Virus record (IMG/VR): IMGVR_UViG_3300038828_000030
From: an uncultured virus (IMG/VR IMGVR_UViG_3300038828_000030)
Lineage: Duplodnaviria; Heunggongvirae; Uroviricota; Caudoviricetes
DNA: 64,000 bases
Reading direction: 5' to 3' (one strand)
The stretch's first letter is position 1, and each line of letters opens with the position of its first letter. A program made the position numbers and the translations under genes. The notes below the pieces were generated by a model that was given only the letters and a program-made list of their open reading frames with translations, did not search any database and was not told where the DNA came from. Positions 54,031 through 62,221 of the stretch are shown one piece after another.

Positions 54031-54800
54031 GTAAAGATATTTTTGGCGACGACGCCAAGCTGGGCGACAGGGCCAAGCTGGGCAACGGGGCCACGCTGGG
54101 CAACGGGGCCAAGCTGGGCAACTGGGCCACGCTGGGCAACTGGGCCACGCTGGGCGACAGGGCCAAGCTGGGCAACGGGGCCACGCTGGGCGACGGGGCC
54201 ACGCTGGGCGACGACGCCACGCTGGGCGACGGGGCCACGCTGGGCGACGGGGCCACGCTGGGCGACGGGGCCAAGCTGGGCGACTGGGCCAAGCTGGGCG
54301 ACGGGGCCACGCTGGGCAACGGGGCCACGCTGGGCGACAGGGCCACGCTGGGCGACGGGGCCACGCTGGGCGACGGGGCCACGCTGGGCGACGGGGCCAT
54401 GCTGGGCAAATGGGCCACGCTGGGCGACGGGGCCACGCTGGGCGACGGGGCCATGCTGGGCAAATGGGCCACGCTGGGCGACGGGGCCACGCTGGGCGAC
54501 GACGCCACGCTGGGCGACGGGGCCACGCTGGGCGACAGGCTCACATCCGAGGGCGTCAGGGTGTACGCGACGATGACCATGAGCAATGTGGACGGGTCTG
54601 GTCGTCGAATACAGATATACGTGCACCCGGCCGGCATCCTGATCCGAGCAGGGTGTTTCAGGGGCAGCCTGGACGAGTTCTGCGACAAGGCGCGGCTCGA
54701 AGGCAAGGTGCGTTACGCAACAGTCGTCCGTGCTGCTGCAGCGGCACTGGCTGAGGATTGCCGCGAACGCGGCATCACCGGCGGCTGGGGCGAGGAATGA
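54027..54800 (+). CDS. Hexapeptide-repeat (left-handed beta-helix) protein, 257 aa (start MSKDIFG)
   Basis: SD AGGAGG; 27 G-D/N-x-A-T/K-L repeats, then IRAGCFRGSLDEF C-domain. Confidence 0.8.
   Translation: MSKDIFGDDAKLGDRAKLGNGATLGNGAKLGNWATLGNWATLGDRAKLGNGATLGDGATLGDDATLGDGATLGDGATLGDGAKLGDWAKLGDGATLGNGATLGDRATLGDGATLGDGATLGDGAMLGKWATLGDGATLGDGAMLGKWATLGDGATLGDDATLGDGATLGDRLTSEGVRVYATMTMSNVDGSGRRIQIYVHPAGILIRAGCFRGSLDEFCDKARLEGKVRYATVVRAAAAALAEDCRERGITGGWGEE
54045..54540 (+). repeat. 18-bp coding tandem repeat, ~27 copies
   Basis: Consensus GGCGACGGGGCCACGCTG. Confidence 0.95.
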
Positions 54801-55129
54801 AAACCATCCACGCCCCCGAGATGCGCAGCACCACCGAGCGCTGCATCACCACCAGCACCGGCATCGCCATCGGACGATGCCACGTCCGCAAACCGCCGGC
54901 CCGTGTGGCCGGCAGTGTGAGCGGCCCGCACCGTCGCCCTGGCATCGCCGCCCGCGTGCTGGGCGTGATGGGCAGCATGCGCGCGCTGTTTGTCTGCATC
55001 GCCATCTGCGCGGCCGCGCTGCTCTTGAGCGCGTGCGGCCCGACAGACACCGAGGCGCTGCAGGACGTGGCGCTTGATCTGCAAGACGCGCAGGCTGCGG
55101 CCGTAGTCGCGGCGGCCAGCCGCAAGTGA
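54797..55129 (+). CDS. Hypothetical membrane/lipoprotein-like protein, 110 aa (start MKTIHAP)
   Basis: ATGA overlap; hydrophobic stretch ending LLLSACG. Confidence 0.5.
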   Translation: MKTIHAPEMRSTTERCITTSTGIAIGRCHVRKPPARVAGSVSGPHRRPGIAARVLGVMGSMRALFVCIAICAAALLLSACGPTDTEALQDVALDLQDAQAAAVVAAASRK

Positions 55130-55146
55130 TCAACCACGAGGAAACC

Positions 55147-56136
55147 ATGAACGCCATCACGAAACACGAGGGCCGCCTGCCTGCCCTGCAAATGGACGAA
55201 CAGGAGCTGATTCAGGTGCTGCAATCGAGCCTGTACCCGGGGGCATCACTGTCCAGCATCAAGATGGTGCTTGGATACTGCAGGGCGTCTGGGCTCGATC
55301 CGATGCGCAAGCCCGTCCACATCGTGCCCATGTGGGACAGCAAGGCCAAGCAAATGCGGGACGTGACGATGCCGGGGATAGGCCTGTATCGAACGGATGC
55401 AGCCCGCACTGGCGAGCACGTCGGCACGGATGATCCGGTGTTTGGACCCATGGTCGAGTACGAACTCAGCGGCTCAAAAGTCACGGTGCCGGAGTGGTGC
55501 AAGGTCACTGTCTATCGTCTCAAAAACGGCATGAAGTGCGCTTTCACAGCCACCGAATACTGGATCGAGAACTACGCCACGGCCGGCAAGGACAGCGCCG
55601 CGCCAAACACCATGTGGAAGAAACGCGGTCGCGGTCAATTGGCGAAATGCGCCGAGGCCCAGGCTCTGCGCAAGGCGTTTCCCGAAGTCGGCAGCCAGCC
55701 CACCGCCGATGAAATGGAGGGCAAGGTGCTGGACATGGGGCCGGCCGAAGTCGTGCCGCAATCGCCTGCGCACTACCCCGCCGCCGAGTTCGACAAGAAC
55801 TTGCCCGCCTGGCGCAGGGCCATCGAGGCCGGCAAGAAGGCCGCCGAAGACCTGATCGCCATGGTCGAAACCAAGGGCGCACTCACCGACGAACAGAAGG
55901 CCGCGCTGCGCGCCATCAAGCCGCCGCAGCCTGCCTCTGACGTGCAAGACGTGCAGCCCAAGGACGAAGCGCCAGCATTCACCTACGCCCAAGTGGCCGA
56001 CAAGCTGTCCGCCGCCACCGACGTGGAGCAATTGGCCGAAGCCGGCAGCCTGATCGGAGCCGTGTCCAACGCGGATCACCGCGCCGAACTCGTGACCCTG
56101 TACGAACAACGCAGCGCCGAAATGGAGGCCGCATGA
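55147..56136 (+). CDS. bet: ssDNA-annealing recombinase, Red-beta/Bet family
   Basis: YCRASGLDPM.KPVHIVP, GIGLYR..AARTG, MWKKR..GQLAKCAEAQALRKAFP; SD GAGG. Confidence 0.88.
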   Translation: MNAITKHEGRLPALQMDEQELIQVLQSSLYPGASLSSIKMVLGYCRASGLDPMRKPVHIVPMWDSKAKQMRDVTMPGIGLYRTDAARTGEHVGTDDPVFGPMVEYELSGSKVTVPEWCKVTVYRLKNGMKCAFTATEYWIENYATAGKDSAAPNTMWKKRGRGQLAKCAEAQALRKAFPEVGSQPTADEMEGKVLDMGPAEVVPQSPAHYPAAEFDKNLPAWRRAIEAGKKAAEDLIAMVETKGALTDEQKAALRAIKPPQPASDVQDVQPKDEAPAFTYAQVADKLSAATDVEQLAEAGSLIGAVSNADHRAELVTLYEQRSAEMEAA

Positions 56137-57923
56137 AGACCCTGACCCTGCAACAAGGATCGCCCGAATGGGCTGCTCACCGCGCTCGAAGCCTAAACGC
56201 CAGCGAGCTATCTGCGGCCATGGGCCTGTCCTCGTACATCACCAGGTCGGCCCTCGTCAAACAGAAGGCGACAGGCATCGCCCCAGAGATTGACGCGGCC
56301 ACTCAACACCGATTCAACAAGGGCCACGAGTTCGAGGCTATCGCGCGTCCATGGGCAGAGGAAATCATCGGGGAAGAACTTTTCCCTGTCGTACTGGCTG
56401 GCGAAGTTGATGCCCTGCCGCTGTCTGCGTCGCTTGATGGACAAACCTTGACGGGTGATGTGACGTGGGAACACAAGAGCGGCAACGCGACGCTTCTGGC
56501 CCGTTTGGATGCTGGCGTCATCCCTGACGAATATCACCCCCAGATGGAGCAGGGCCTGCTGCTGTCTGGTGCAACTCGGTGCCTATTCATGGCGTCCAGT
56601 GGAGACCGTGAAGCCATGCGCTATGCGTGGTACGAGTCAAATCCTGAGTTGCGAGCCAAGATTGTTCCGACCTGGAGGCAATTTCAAGCGGATGTTGCCG
56701 CCTACGTCCCCACCGAACCCGCCGCGCCCGTCATGGCCGCGCCCATCGAAAGCCTGCCCGCCGTCGTGGTGCAGGTGCAAGGCGCGCTGACCGTTGGCGG
56801 CAACCTGGACGCCTTCGGTCAGGCCCTGCGCTCGTTCATCGAGCGCATCCCCGCAAGACCGGCAACTGATATTGAGTTCGCAAACTGCGAAGCCGCCTGC
56901 AAGGCGCTGAAGAGGGCCGAGGACGCACTGACCCAGGCCGAAGACGGCGCGCTGGCGCAGATCAGCGACGTGGAGCTGATGCGCCGCACCGTGGCCGACC
57001 TCAAGGAGCTGGCACGGTCAACCCGCCTCGCGACTGAAAAGCTGGTCAAAGCCGAGAAAGACGCGCGCCGCACCGAGAAGGTCATGGCCGCGCGCCAAGC
57101 GTTTGAAACCCACGTCACGCGCCTGCAGATGGACATCAAAGGCGTGCGCCTGATCGTGCCCATGCCAGACTTCGGCGGCTCCATCAAGGGCCTGAGCAGC
57201 CTGGCAAGCATCGACGACAAGCTGACCGCCGCGCTGATCGCCGGCAAGGCCGAGGCCAACACCCTCGCCAGCCGGATCGCGGGCAACCTGCAAACGCTCG
57301 ACAGCGTGCCGCAGTACGCCCACCTGTTTGCTGACCGGCAGGAGCTGGCCTACAAGGACGCCGAGACGCTTGAGCTGCTGATGCAGAAGCGCGTCGATGC
57401 CGAGCGCGACCGCATCGAAGCCGAGCGCCAGCGTATCCAGCAGGACGAGGAACGCAAGGCCCGCGAAGCCGCCGAGCGCCAGGCCGAAGCGGAGCGCCAG
57501 CGCATCCGCGCCGAAGAGCAGCACAAGGCGCAGATGGAAGTCGCCGAAAAGCTGAAGGCTGAACAAGAGGCCGAGCGCCAAGCCAACGAAGACCGCCGCC
57601 GCATAGAAGCCCAGGCCGCAGAAGCCAAGAAGGCCGAAGCCGCCGCCCAGGCACAGCAGGCGATCCAGCAGGCCGAAGCGCCAGCCGCGCCAGCACCGGC
57701 GCCATGGGACGCCGACGAGGCGGCCACGCTCAAGTTGGGCGATGTGAACGCGCGCCTGGCGCCGATCCACGTCACCGCTGATGGCCTGCGCTCCATCGGC
57801 ATTGAGCCGGCCGGGCGCGAGAAGAACGCGACGCTGTACCGCGAAAGCCAGTTCGCGGAAATCTGCCAGGTGCTGGTGCTGCACCTGCAATCCGTCGTGC
57901 AGCCATCCGAGGCCACGGCATGA
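56133..57923 (+). CDS. YqaJ/lambda-exonuclease family protein with long coiled-coil, 596 aa
   Basis: QGSPEW..R..NASE, GHEFE..AR, SASLDG, WEHK, Q.EQGLL. Confidence 0.88.
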   Translation: MKTLTLQQGSPEWAAHRARSLNASELSAAMGLSSYITRSALVKQKATGIAPEIDAATQHRFNKGHEFEAIARPWAEEIIGEELFPVVLAGEVDALPLSASLDGQTLTGDVTWEHKSGNATLLARLDAGVIPDEYHPQMEQGLLLSGATRCLFMASSGDREAMRYAWYESNPELRAKIVPTWRQFQADVAAYVPTEPAAPVMAAPIESLPAVVVQVQGALTVGGNLDAFGQALRSFIERIPARPATDIEFANCEAACKALKRAEDALTQAEDGALAQISDVELMRRTVADLKELARSTRLATEKLVKAEKDARRTEKVMAARQAFETHVTRLQMDIKGVRLIVPMPDFGGSIKGLSSLASIDDKLTAALIAGKAEANTLASRIAGNLQTLDSVPQYAHLFADRQELAYKDAETLELLMQKRVDAERDRIEAERQRIQQDEERKAREAAERQAEAERQRIRAEEQHKAQMEVAEKLKAEQEAERQANEDRRRIEAQAAEAKKAEAAAQAQQAIQQAEAPAAPAPAPWDADEAATLKLGDVNARLAPIHVTADGLRSIGIEPAGREKNATLYRESQFAEICQVLVLHLQSVVQPSEATA

Positions 57924-58123
57924 GCAGCACCGTCGCCGACCTCTACGACGATGACCTGGATGCCTTCGAGAGCGACCTTGAGGACGCTCGCATGCAGGCT
58001 GAAAGTGACTGGGACGAGCAGTTCGTCGCCGACATGAAGGCGCGCTACGACCAGTACCAAGGCCGCATGTTCATCAGCCCCGCGCAGCACGAGCAACTGC
58101 TGCGCATTGGAGGAAACGAATGA
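57920..58123 (+). CDS. Hypothetical acidic protein, 67 aa
   Basis: ATGA overlap. Confidence 0.65.
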   Translation: MSSTVADLYDDDLDAFESDLEDARMQAESDWDEQFVADMKARYDQYQGRMFISPAQHEQLLRIGGNE

Positions 58124-58311
58124 ACGCCACCCTCTACGACCCCTCCGACGTGGCATTCGGCGCACAGCCGCGCCTGGTGTGCGCCGGCTGCGGCCAGATT
58201 GAAGTCGGCACCTACGAACCCGTCTGCCCCGAGTGCCGCAAGTCGCTGGAGCAGGCCGGAATCCTGAAACCAAAAAGCGAGCCGGCTCAGACCGGCCCGC
58301 TGGGTGAATGA
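58120..58311 (+). CDS. Small zinc-ribbon protein, 63 aa
   Basis: CAGCG..CPEC; SD GGAGG. Confidence 0.6.
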   Translation: MNATLYDPSDVAFGAQPRLVCAGCGQIEVGTYEPVCPECRKSLEQAGILKPKSEPAQTGPLGE

Positions 58312-58320
58312 AAGCACAGC

Positions 58321-58551
58321 ATGAAAAACACTGATCAATCGCGCCCGCCGTTCAAAATCAGCGGCGTCGCCACCATCAAGCACCTGAATGTCCGCAAGGA
58401 AGGCCCGGAGGACGAGAAGGTTCTGGCTGACGATGCTGCGCCCGAATGCACTTGTGCAGCGAAAGACATGACCTTTGGCCGATGCTGCAAGGTGACGCCC
58501 AACGCCCCGAGTTCAGCCGACGCGAAGCGGTCGGCTGGAATGAACTGTTAG
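58321..58551 (+). pseudogene. Chimeric/truncated ORF at the duplication junction
   Basis: N-part MKNTDQ..HLNVRKEGPEDEKVL is fused at 58426 to the same C-terminus as ORF 61187..61555. Confidence 0.5.
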
Positions 58552-58553
58552 AA
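58497..58553 (-). mobile_element. attC: Integron attC-like site a
   Basis: Minus strand TTCTAAC AGTTC ATTCCAGC CGACCGC TTC GCGTCG GCTGAAC TCGGGGC GTTGGGC. Confidence 0.8.
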
Positions 58554-58563
58554 GGCTGTATCC

Positions 58564-58800
58564 ATGAACAGACCAGAGCGAATTTACAACGTGAGCCAAA
58601 CGCAATTGAGCGTTGCTAGGTTTTACGGCGGCTGCAAATTCAACGGCGCGGATTATCACTACGACGCCGAAAGCGACACGCTGACACGCATGGACATTTG
58701 GCAAGCGCGATGCGCCAGCAGCAAGAAAGAAGCCGCGAAAGCAGCAAAGGCAGAGCGAGAAAAATGGATGAAGGCACAGCAGAGTTTTGCCGCCTTCTAA
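58564..58800 (+). CDS. Cassette gene B, hypothetical, 78 aa
   Basis: Starts 10 nt after core site GTTAGAA; stop TAA lies inside the complementary TTCTAAC. Confidence 0.75.
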   Translation: MNRPERIYNVSQTQLSVARFYGGCKFNGADYHYDAESDTLTRMDIWQARCASSKKEAAKAAKAEREKWMKAQQSFAAF

Positions 58801-58847
58801 CGCCGGAAATAAGCCGCCGCAGGTCGGCCTTGATTGACCTGTTATGC
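58795..58847 (-). mobile_element. attC: Integron attC-like site b
   Basis: Minus strand GCATAAC AGGTC AATCAAGG CCGACCTGCGGCG GCTTATT TCCGGC GTTAGAA. Confidence 0.82.
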
Positions 58848-58867
58848 AGAAACTTTAGGAATACCAA

Positions 58868-59119
58868 ATGGACACGATACAGCAAGAGCTTCGCAAGCCA
58901 GCGCACTATCTGAGCATGAGAAAGCGCGAGCAGGCTGCAAACTACATTGATAAGTTGCAAGCCGCCTTGAACCAGTACAGCGCAGACGAAGTGATGCTTA
59001 CGCACCAATCAACTATCGCAGCGCAGGCCGAGCAAATCGAAGCCTTGACGCAGGCGATAGTCGAGCGAGACGCGATCATTTCGCAGTACATCGCAGCACT
59101 TGGCTATGTTGCGGCATAA
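58868..59119 (+). CDS. Cassette gene A, coiled-coil hypothetical, 83 aa
   Basis: SD AGGA after core site GTTATGC; stop TAA lies inside the complementary GCATAAC. Confidence 0.7.
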   Translation: MDTIQQELRKPAHYLSMRKREQAANYIDKLQAALNQYSADEVMLTHQSTIAAQAEQIEALTQAIVERDAIISQYIAALGYVAA

Positions 59120-59165
59120 CCCGTGATTAGGCGACAAGCCCGCCCCGCGCCACGTCGCCTAATCA
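59114..59165 (-). mobile_element. attI-like site with 12-bp inverted repeat
   Basis: Minus strand GTC-GCCTAAT-CACGG-GTTATGC (L, 5 bp, R); inverted repeat TGATTAGGCGAC 59124-59135 / GTCGCCTAATCA 59154-59165. Confidence 0.55.
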
Positions 59166-59217
59166 GCCACTGGCGCAAGCAAACCCCAATAGGCAAACCT
59201 AAAAAACCGAGGACGTA

Positions 59218-59886
59218 ATGACCCCGCTTGTACGTGAAATGGCAGCCATCGTGCCGGAACCAGAAACCGCGCACTGGTTCGATCTGGGCACGATCCCCGG
59301 GCGCATCGAAGCCCAACGGGTGTATTGGGATGACATTCGCCACATGCCGTACCCGCGCACCATCGTGGTATTCATCACCGACAAAGGCAGCAAGGCCGCA
59401 TGCTGGATACAGGCATCGGAACATTCGCTGTCCATGGCCTACCTGATGGTCGATCCAGGCAAAGCGCCTCGCTTTTCCATCCCCATTGTCATCACCGAGG
59501 TGGATGGCGAGCTGCGCTATGAAGCCAAGGGCGGCGACGGCAAGGCCGCTGCGGGCGTGCTGTGTGCCATCGCCAAGCGCCTGCAAACCGCCAGTGCCGC
59601 CTACCGCCCCGAGTCGATTGGCACACCAGCGCAGCAGCGCAAGCGCGCGGCCAAAGGCAAGAGGCCACTGTTTGCATGGCACACCGTCACCATCGGCGCT
59701 ACGCCCAAAGTAGCCATTGCTACGTCAGATGTAGCTGGCACGCACGCCAGCCCACGCGCGCACGACAGGCGCGGGCACTGGCGCACCTACCCCAGCGGCA
59801 AACGCAGCTGGGTCAAGCACTGCCGCGTCGGCAATCCTGCGGACGGGGTGGTGTTCAAGGATTACCGGATCAGGAGCGAGAAATGA
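59218..59886 (+). CDS. Hypothetical phage protein, 222 aa
   Basis: SD GAGG; C-terminal SPRAHDRRGHWR..GKRSWVK..VG motif common in phage early proteins. Confidence 0.75.
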   Translation: MTPLVREMAAIVPEPETAHWFDLGTIPGRIEAQRVYWDDIRHMPYPRTIVVFITDKGSKAACWIQASEHSLSMAYLMVDPGKAPRFSIPIVITEVDGELRYEAKGGDGKAAAGVLCAIAKRLQTASAAYRPESIGTPAQQRKRAAKGKRPLFAWHTVTIGATPKVAIATSDVAGTHASPRAHDRRGHWRTYPSGKRSWVKHCRVGNPADGVVFKDYRIRSEK

Positions 59887-60155
59887 GCACATACACACCA
59901 CCCGACAAGATCGAGATTTACGCCGCCGCGCTGAAAAGCGACATCAACTCTGAGCGCTTCCAGGTTGTGGAGAGCGGCAGGCTCGAAACCTACTGGATCG
60001 GCACGGTATATGGCGGCGGCGTCGCAACCGAGCGCGGGCACAAATTTCGGACTGCAGAAGAGGCGTGGGACAACGCAAGCAAATTTGTGGAGCGCTGCGC
60101 GGAGATCGTCAGCGAGCGCGACCGCGCAGCCAAGGCAGGAGATCAGCATGGCTGA
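59883..60155 (+). CDS. Hypothetical protein, 90 aa (start MSTYTPP)
   Basis: SD AGGAG; ATGA overlap. Confidence 0.6.
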   Translation: MSTYTPPDKIEIYAAALKSDINSERFQVVESGRLETYWIGTVYGGGVATERGHKFRTAEEAWDNASKFVERCAEIVSERDRAAKAGDQHG

Positions 60156-60229
60156 AAGCACGGTCTGGCGCGTGATGCACCCAGACGGCTCGCGCACGGT
60201 GGTGGGCGGTGGTTGCTCGGAGAAAGACA

Positions 60230-60838
60230 ATGTCGCGTGCGCTTGATGTGGTGACGCTGACCGGCGAGGAATACGACGACCTCATGGAATGCAAAGAGAT
60301 GGTCGCCTCACTACTAGCCCAGTTGAGCGCCGCGAAAGACCGAATTGCCGAATTGACGCCAGTTGCTGGAATGGACTGGCGGGAAACGATGCAGCGCATG
60401 CTGACACGCATGGAGGAAACAGACCGCTGGCCTGCGATATGCGACGAGGCGCGGGCCGTCCTGTCGCTGGCGAATGATGCCACCAGGGAGCCTGCCGCCT
60501 ACCTGTGGGGCGGCTGCCTCTGGCGCACGGACGAAATGGGGCGCGGCAGACCTGGGGCAGTCGAACTGTATCGAGCGCAAACGCCGCTGACCGATGCCGA
60601 CATTACCGCATTGCTTCCGATATGGCAGCAGGGATCATGGACGCTGCCAGACTACGGCAGATGGGTAGCGCGGGCCGTCGAGCGGGCGCACGGGATCAAG
60701 ACATCGCACAACCTATGCCTATCCTGCGGGCACAGCATCGATGCCCACGACAAGCAATACGGCTGCGCAGAGGACGGGTGCGATTGCGAGACGCCCAACG
60801 ATCAGCATAACCGGCCCGCTTCAGCGGGTCCGGGTTGA
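60230..60838 (+). CDS. Mosaic hypothetical protein, 202 aa (start MSRALDV)
   Basis: SD GGAG; PLTDADI..RAVERAHGI module and Cys-rich tail; reads into attC-c. Confidence 0.65.
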   Translation: MSRALDVVTLTGEEYDDLMECKEMVASLLAQLSAAKDRIAELTPVAGMDWRETMQRMLTRMEETDRWPAICDEARAVLSLANDATREPAAYLWGGCLWRTDEMGRGRPGAVELYRAQTPLTDADITALLPIWQQGSWTLPDYGRWVARAVERAHGIKTSHNLCLSCGHSIDAHDKQYGCAEDGCDCETPNDQHNRPASAGPG

Positions 60839-60852
60839 TGCGCCAGTTGGGC
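60793..60852 (-). mobile_element. attC: Integron attC-like site c
   Basis: Minus strand GCCCAAC TGGCG CATCAACC CGGACCCGC TGAA GCGGGCC GGTTATG CTGATC GTTGGGC. Confidence 0.82.
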
Positions 60853-60866
60853 GCGGGAGGTGAGAG

Positions 60867-61190
60867 ATGGGGACATACGTTGTTTGGTGCCCGGACCTGG
60901 GCCAGGATCAGGAAGACGGTGCGACGATCCCGGCGACCGACCCCGCCGATGCGGCGGAAGGGTGGGCCGAATGGCACGACCGCAGCAGTGCCGAATACCG
61001 GATTGCCAGCGGGCGCGAGGAGATCGTGATCGTCCGCGACGTTGAGACAGGCGAGCAGCGCGAATGGATTGTGCGCGGCGAGGCGATGCCGTACTACACG
61101 GCGCAGCCTGGGGAGTCCGCGACGATCCGGGCGCAAGTGGCGCCGGGCCGATGGGAGGATGTTCCTAGACGTAGCGAGGCCAACGAATGA
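60867..61190 (+). CDS. Cassette C gene 1, hypothetical, 107 aa
   Basis: SD GGAGGT right after core site GTTGGGC. Confidence 0.7.
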   Translation: MGTYVVWCPDLGQDQEDGATIPATDPADAAEGWAEWHDRSSAEYRIASGREEIVIVRDVETGEQREWIVRGEAMPYYTAQPGESATIRAQVAPGRWEDVPRRSEANE

Positions 61191-61555
61191 AATGGCAGCC
61201 GATTGAAACCGCACCTACAGACGGCACCCGCATCCTGCTGCGCGGCAGGGGCGGCAAGATTGCGGATGGGCACTACGGACAGCCGGATGGGTGGGCAAAC
61301 CCGAAGCGTTTTGTCTGGCCGTACATCCATGCTAATCCGACGCACTGGGCTCCGCTCCCGTTGATTGCTGCTGCGCCGGAAAACAAGAAATTGCGTGCCG
61401 CCATCGCAAAAGCAACAGGACGTGTGGTCGCTGACGATGCTGCGCCCGAATGCACTTGTGCAGCGAAAGACATGACCTTTGGCCGATGCTGCAAGGTGAC
61501 GCCCAACGCCCCGAGTTCAGCCGACGCGAAGCGGTCGGCTGGAATGAACTGTTAG
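61187..61555 (+). CDS. Cassette C gene 2, DUF551-like, 122 aa
   Basis: WQPIETAP.DGT.ILL..PTHW.PLP; reads through attC-a'. Confidence 0.75.
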   Translation: MKWQPIETAPTDGTRILLRGRGGKIADGHYGQPDGWANPKRFVWPYIHANPTHWAPLPLIAAAPENKKLRAAIAKATGRVVADDAAPECTCAAKDMTFGRCCKVTPNAPSSADAKRSAGMNC

Positions 61556-61557
61556 AA
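61501..61557 (-). mobile_element. attC: attC-like site a' (copy of a)
   Basis: Identical to 58497-58553. Confidence 0.8.
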
Positions 61558-61567
61558 GGCTGTATCC

Positions 61568-61804
61568 ATGAACAGACCAGAGCGAATTTACAACGTGAGC
61601 CAAACGCAATTGAGCGTTGCTAGGTTTTACGGCGGCTGCAAATTCAACGGCGCGGATTATCACTACGACGCCGAAAGCGACACGCTGACACGCATGGACA
61701 TTTGGCAAGCGCGATGCGCCAGCAGCAAGAAAGAAGCCGCGAAAGCAGCAAAGGCAGAGCGAGAAAAATGGATGAAGGCACAGCAGAGTTTTGCCGCCTT
61801 CTAA
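61568..61804 (+). CDS. Cassette gene B, second copy
   Basis: Identical to 58564..58800. Confidence 0.7.
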   Translation: MNRPERIYNVSQTQLSVARFYGGCKFNGADYHYDAESDTLTRMDIWQARCASSKKEAAKAAKAEREKWMKAQQSFAAF

Positions 61805-61851
61805 CGCCGGAAATAAGCCGCCGCAGGTCGGCCTTGATTGACCTGTTATGC
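61799..61851 (-). mobile_element. attC: attC-like site b' (copy of b)
   Basis: Identical to 58795-58847. Confidence 0.8.
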
Positions 61852-61871
61852 AGAAACTTTAGGAATACCAA

Positions 61872-62123
61872 ATGGACACGATACAGCAAGAGCTTCGCAA
61901 GCCAGCGCACTATCTGAGCATGAGAAAGCGCGAGCAGGCTGCAAACTACATTGATAAGTTGCAAGCCGCCTTGAACCAGTACAGCGCAGACGAAGTGATG
62001 CTTACGCACCAATCAACTATCGCAGCGCAGGCCGAGCAAATCGAAGCCTTGACGCAGGCGATAGTCGAGCGAGACGCGATCATTTCGCAGTACATCGCAG
62101 CACTTGGCTATGTTGCGGCATAA
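61872..62123 (+). CDS. Cassette gene A, second copy
   Basis: Identical to 58868..59119. Confidence 0.68.
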   Translation: MDTIQQELRKPAHYLSMRKREQAANYIDKLQAALNQYSADEVMLTHQSTIAAQAEQIEALTQAIVERDAIISQYIAALGYVAA

Positions 62124-62169
62124 CCCGTGATTAGGCGACAAGCCCGCCCCGCGCCACGTCGCCTAATCA
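62118..62169 (-). mobile_element. attI-like site, second copy
   Basis: Identical to 59114-59165. Confidence 0.55.
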
Positions 62170-62221
62170 GCCACTGGCGCAAGCAAACCCCAATAGGCAA
62201 ACCTAAAAAACCGAGGACGTA

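Noticed and set aside
54045..54540. CRISPR array
   Set aside because: Contiguous 18-bp units without unique spacers, in frame within a coding gene; no cas genes.
59218..59886. Integron integrase next to the attI-like site
   Set aside because: Too short and lacks the R..HxxR..H/Y tyrosine recombinase pattern and the IntI patch.
58497..60852. The hairpins as simple Rho-independent terminators or REP elements
   Set aside because: No U-tracts, sequences differ from each other, and they conserve core sites, spacer lengths and bulges typical of attC.
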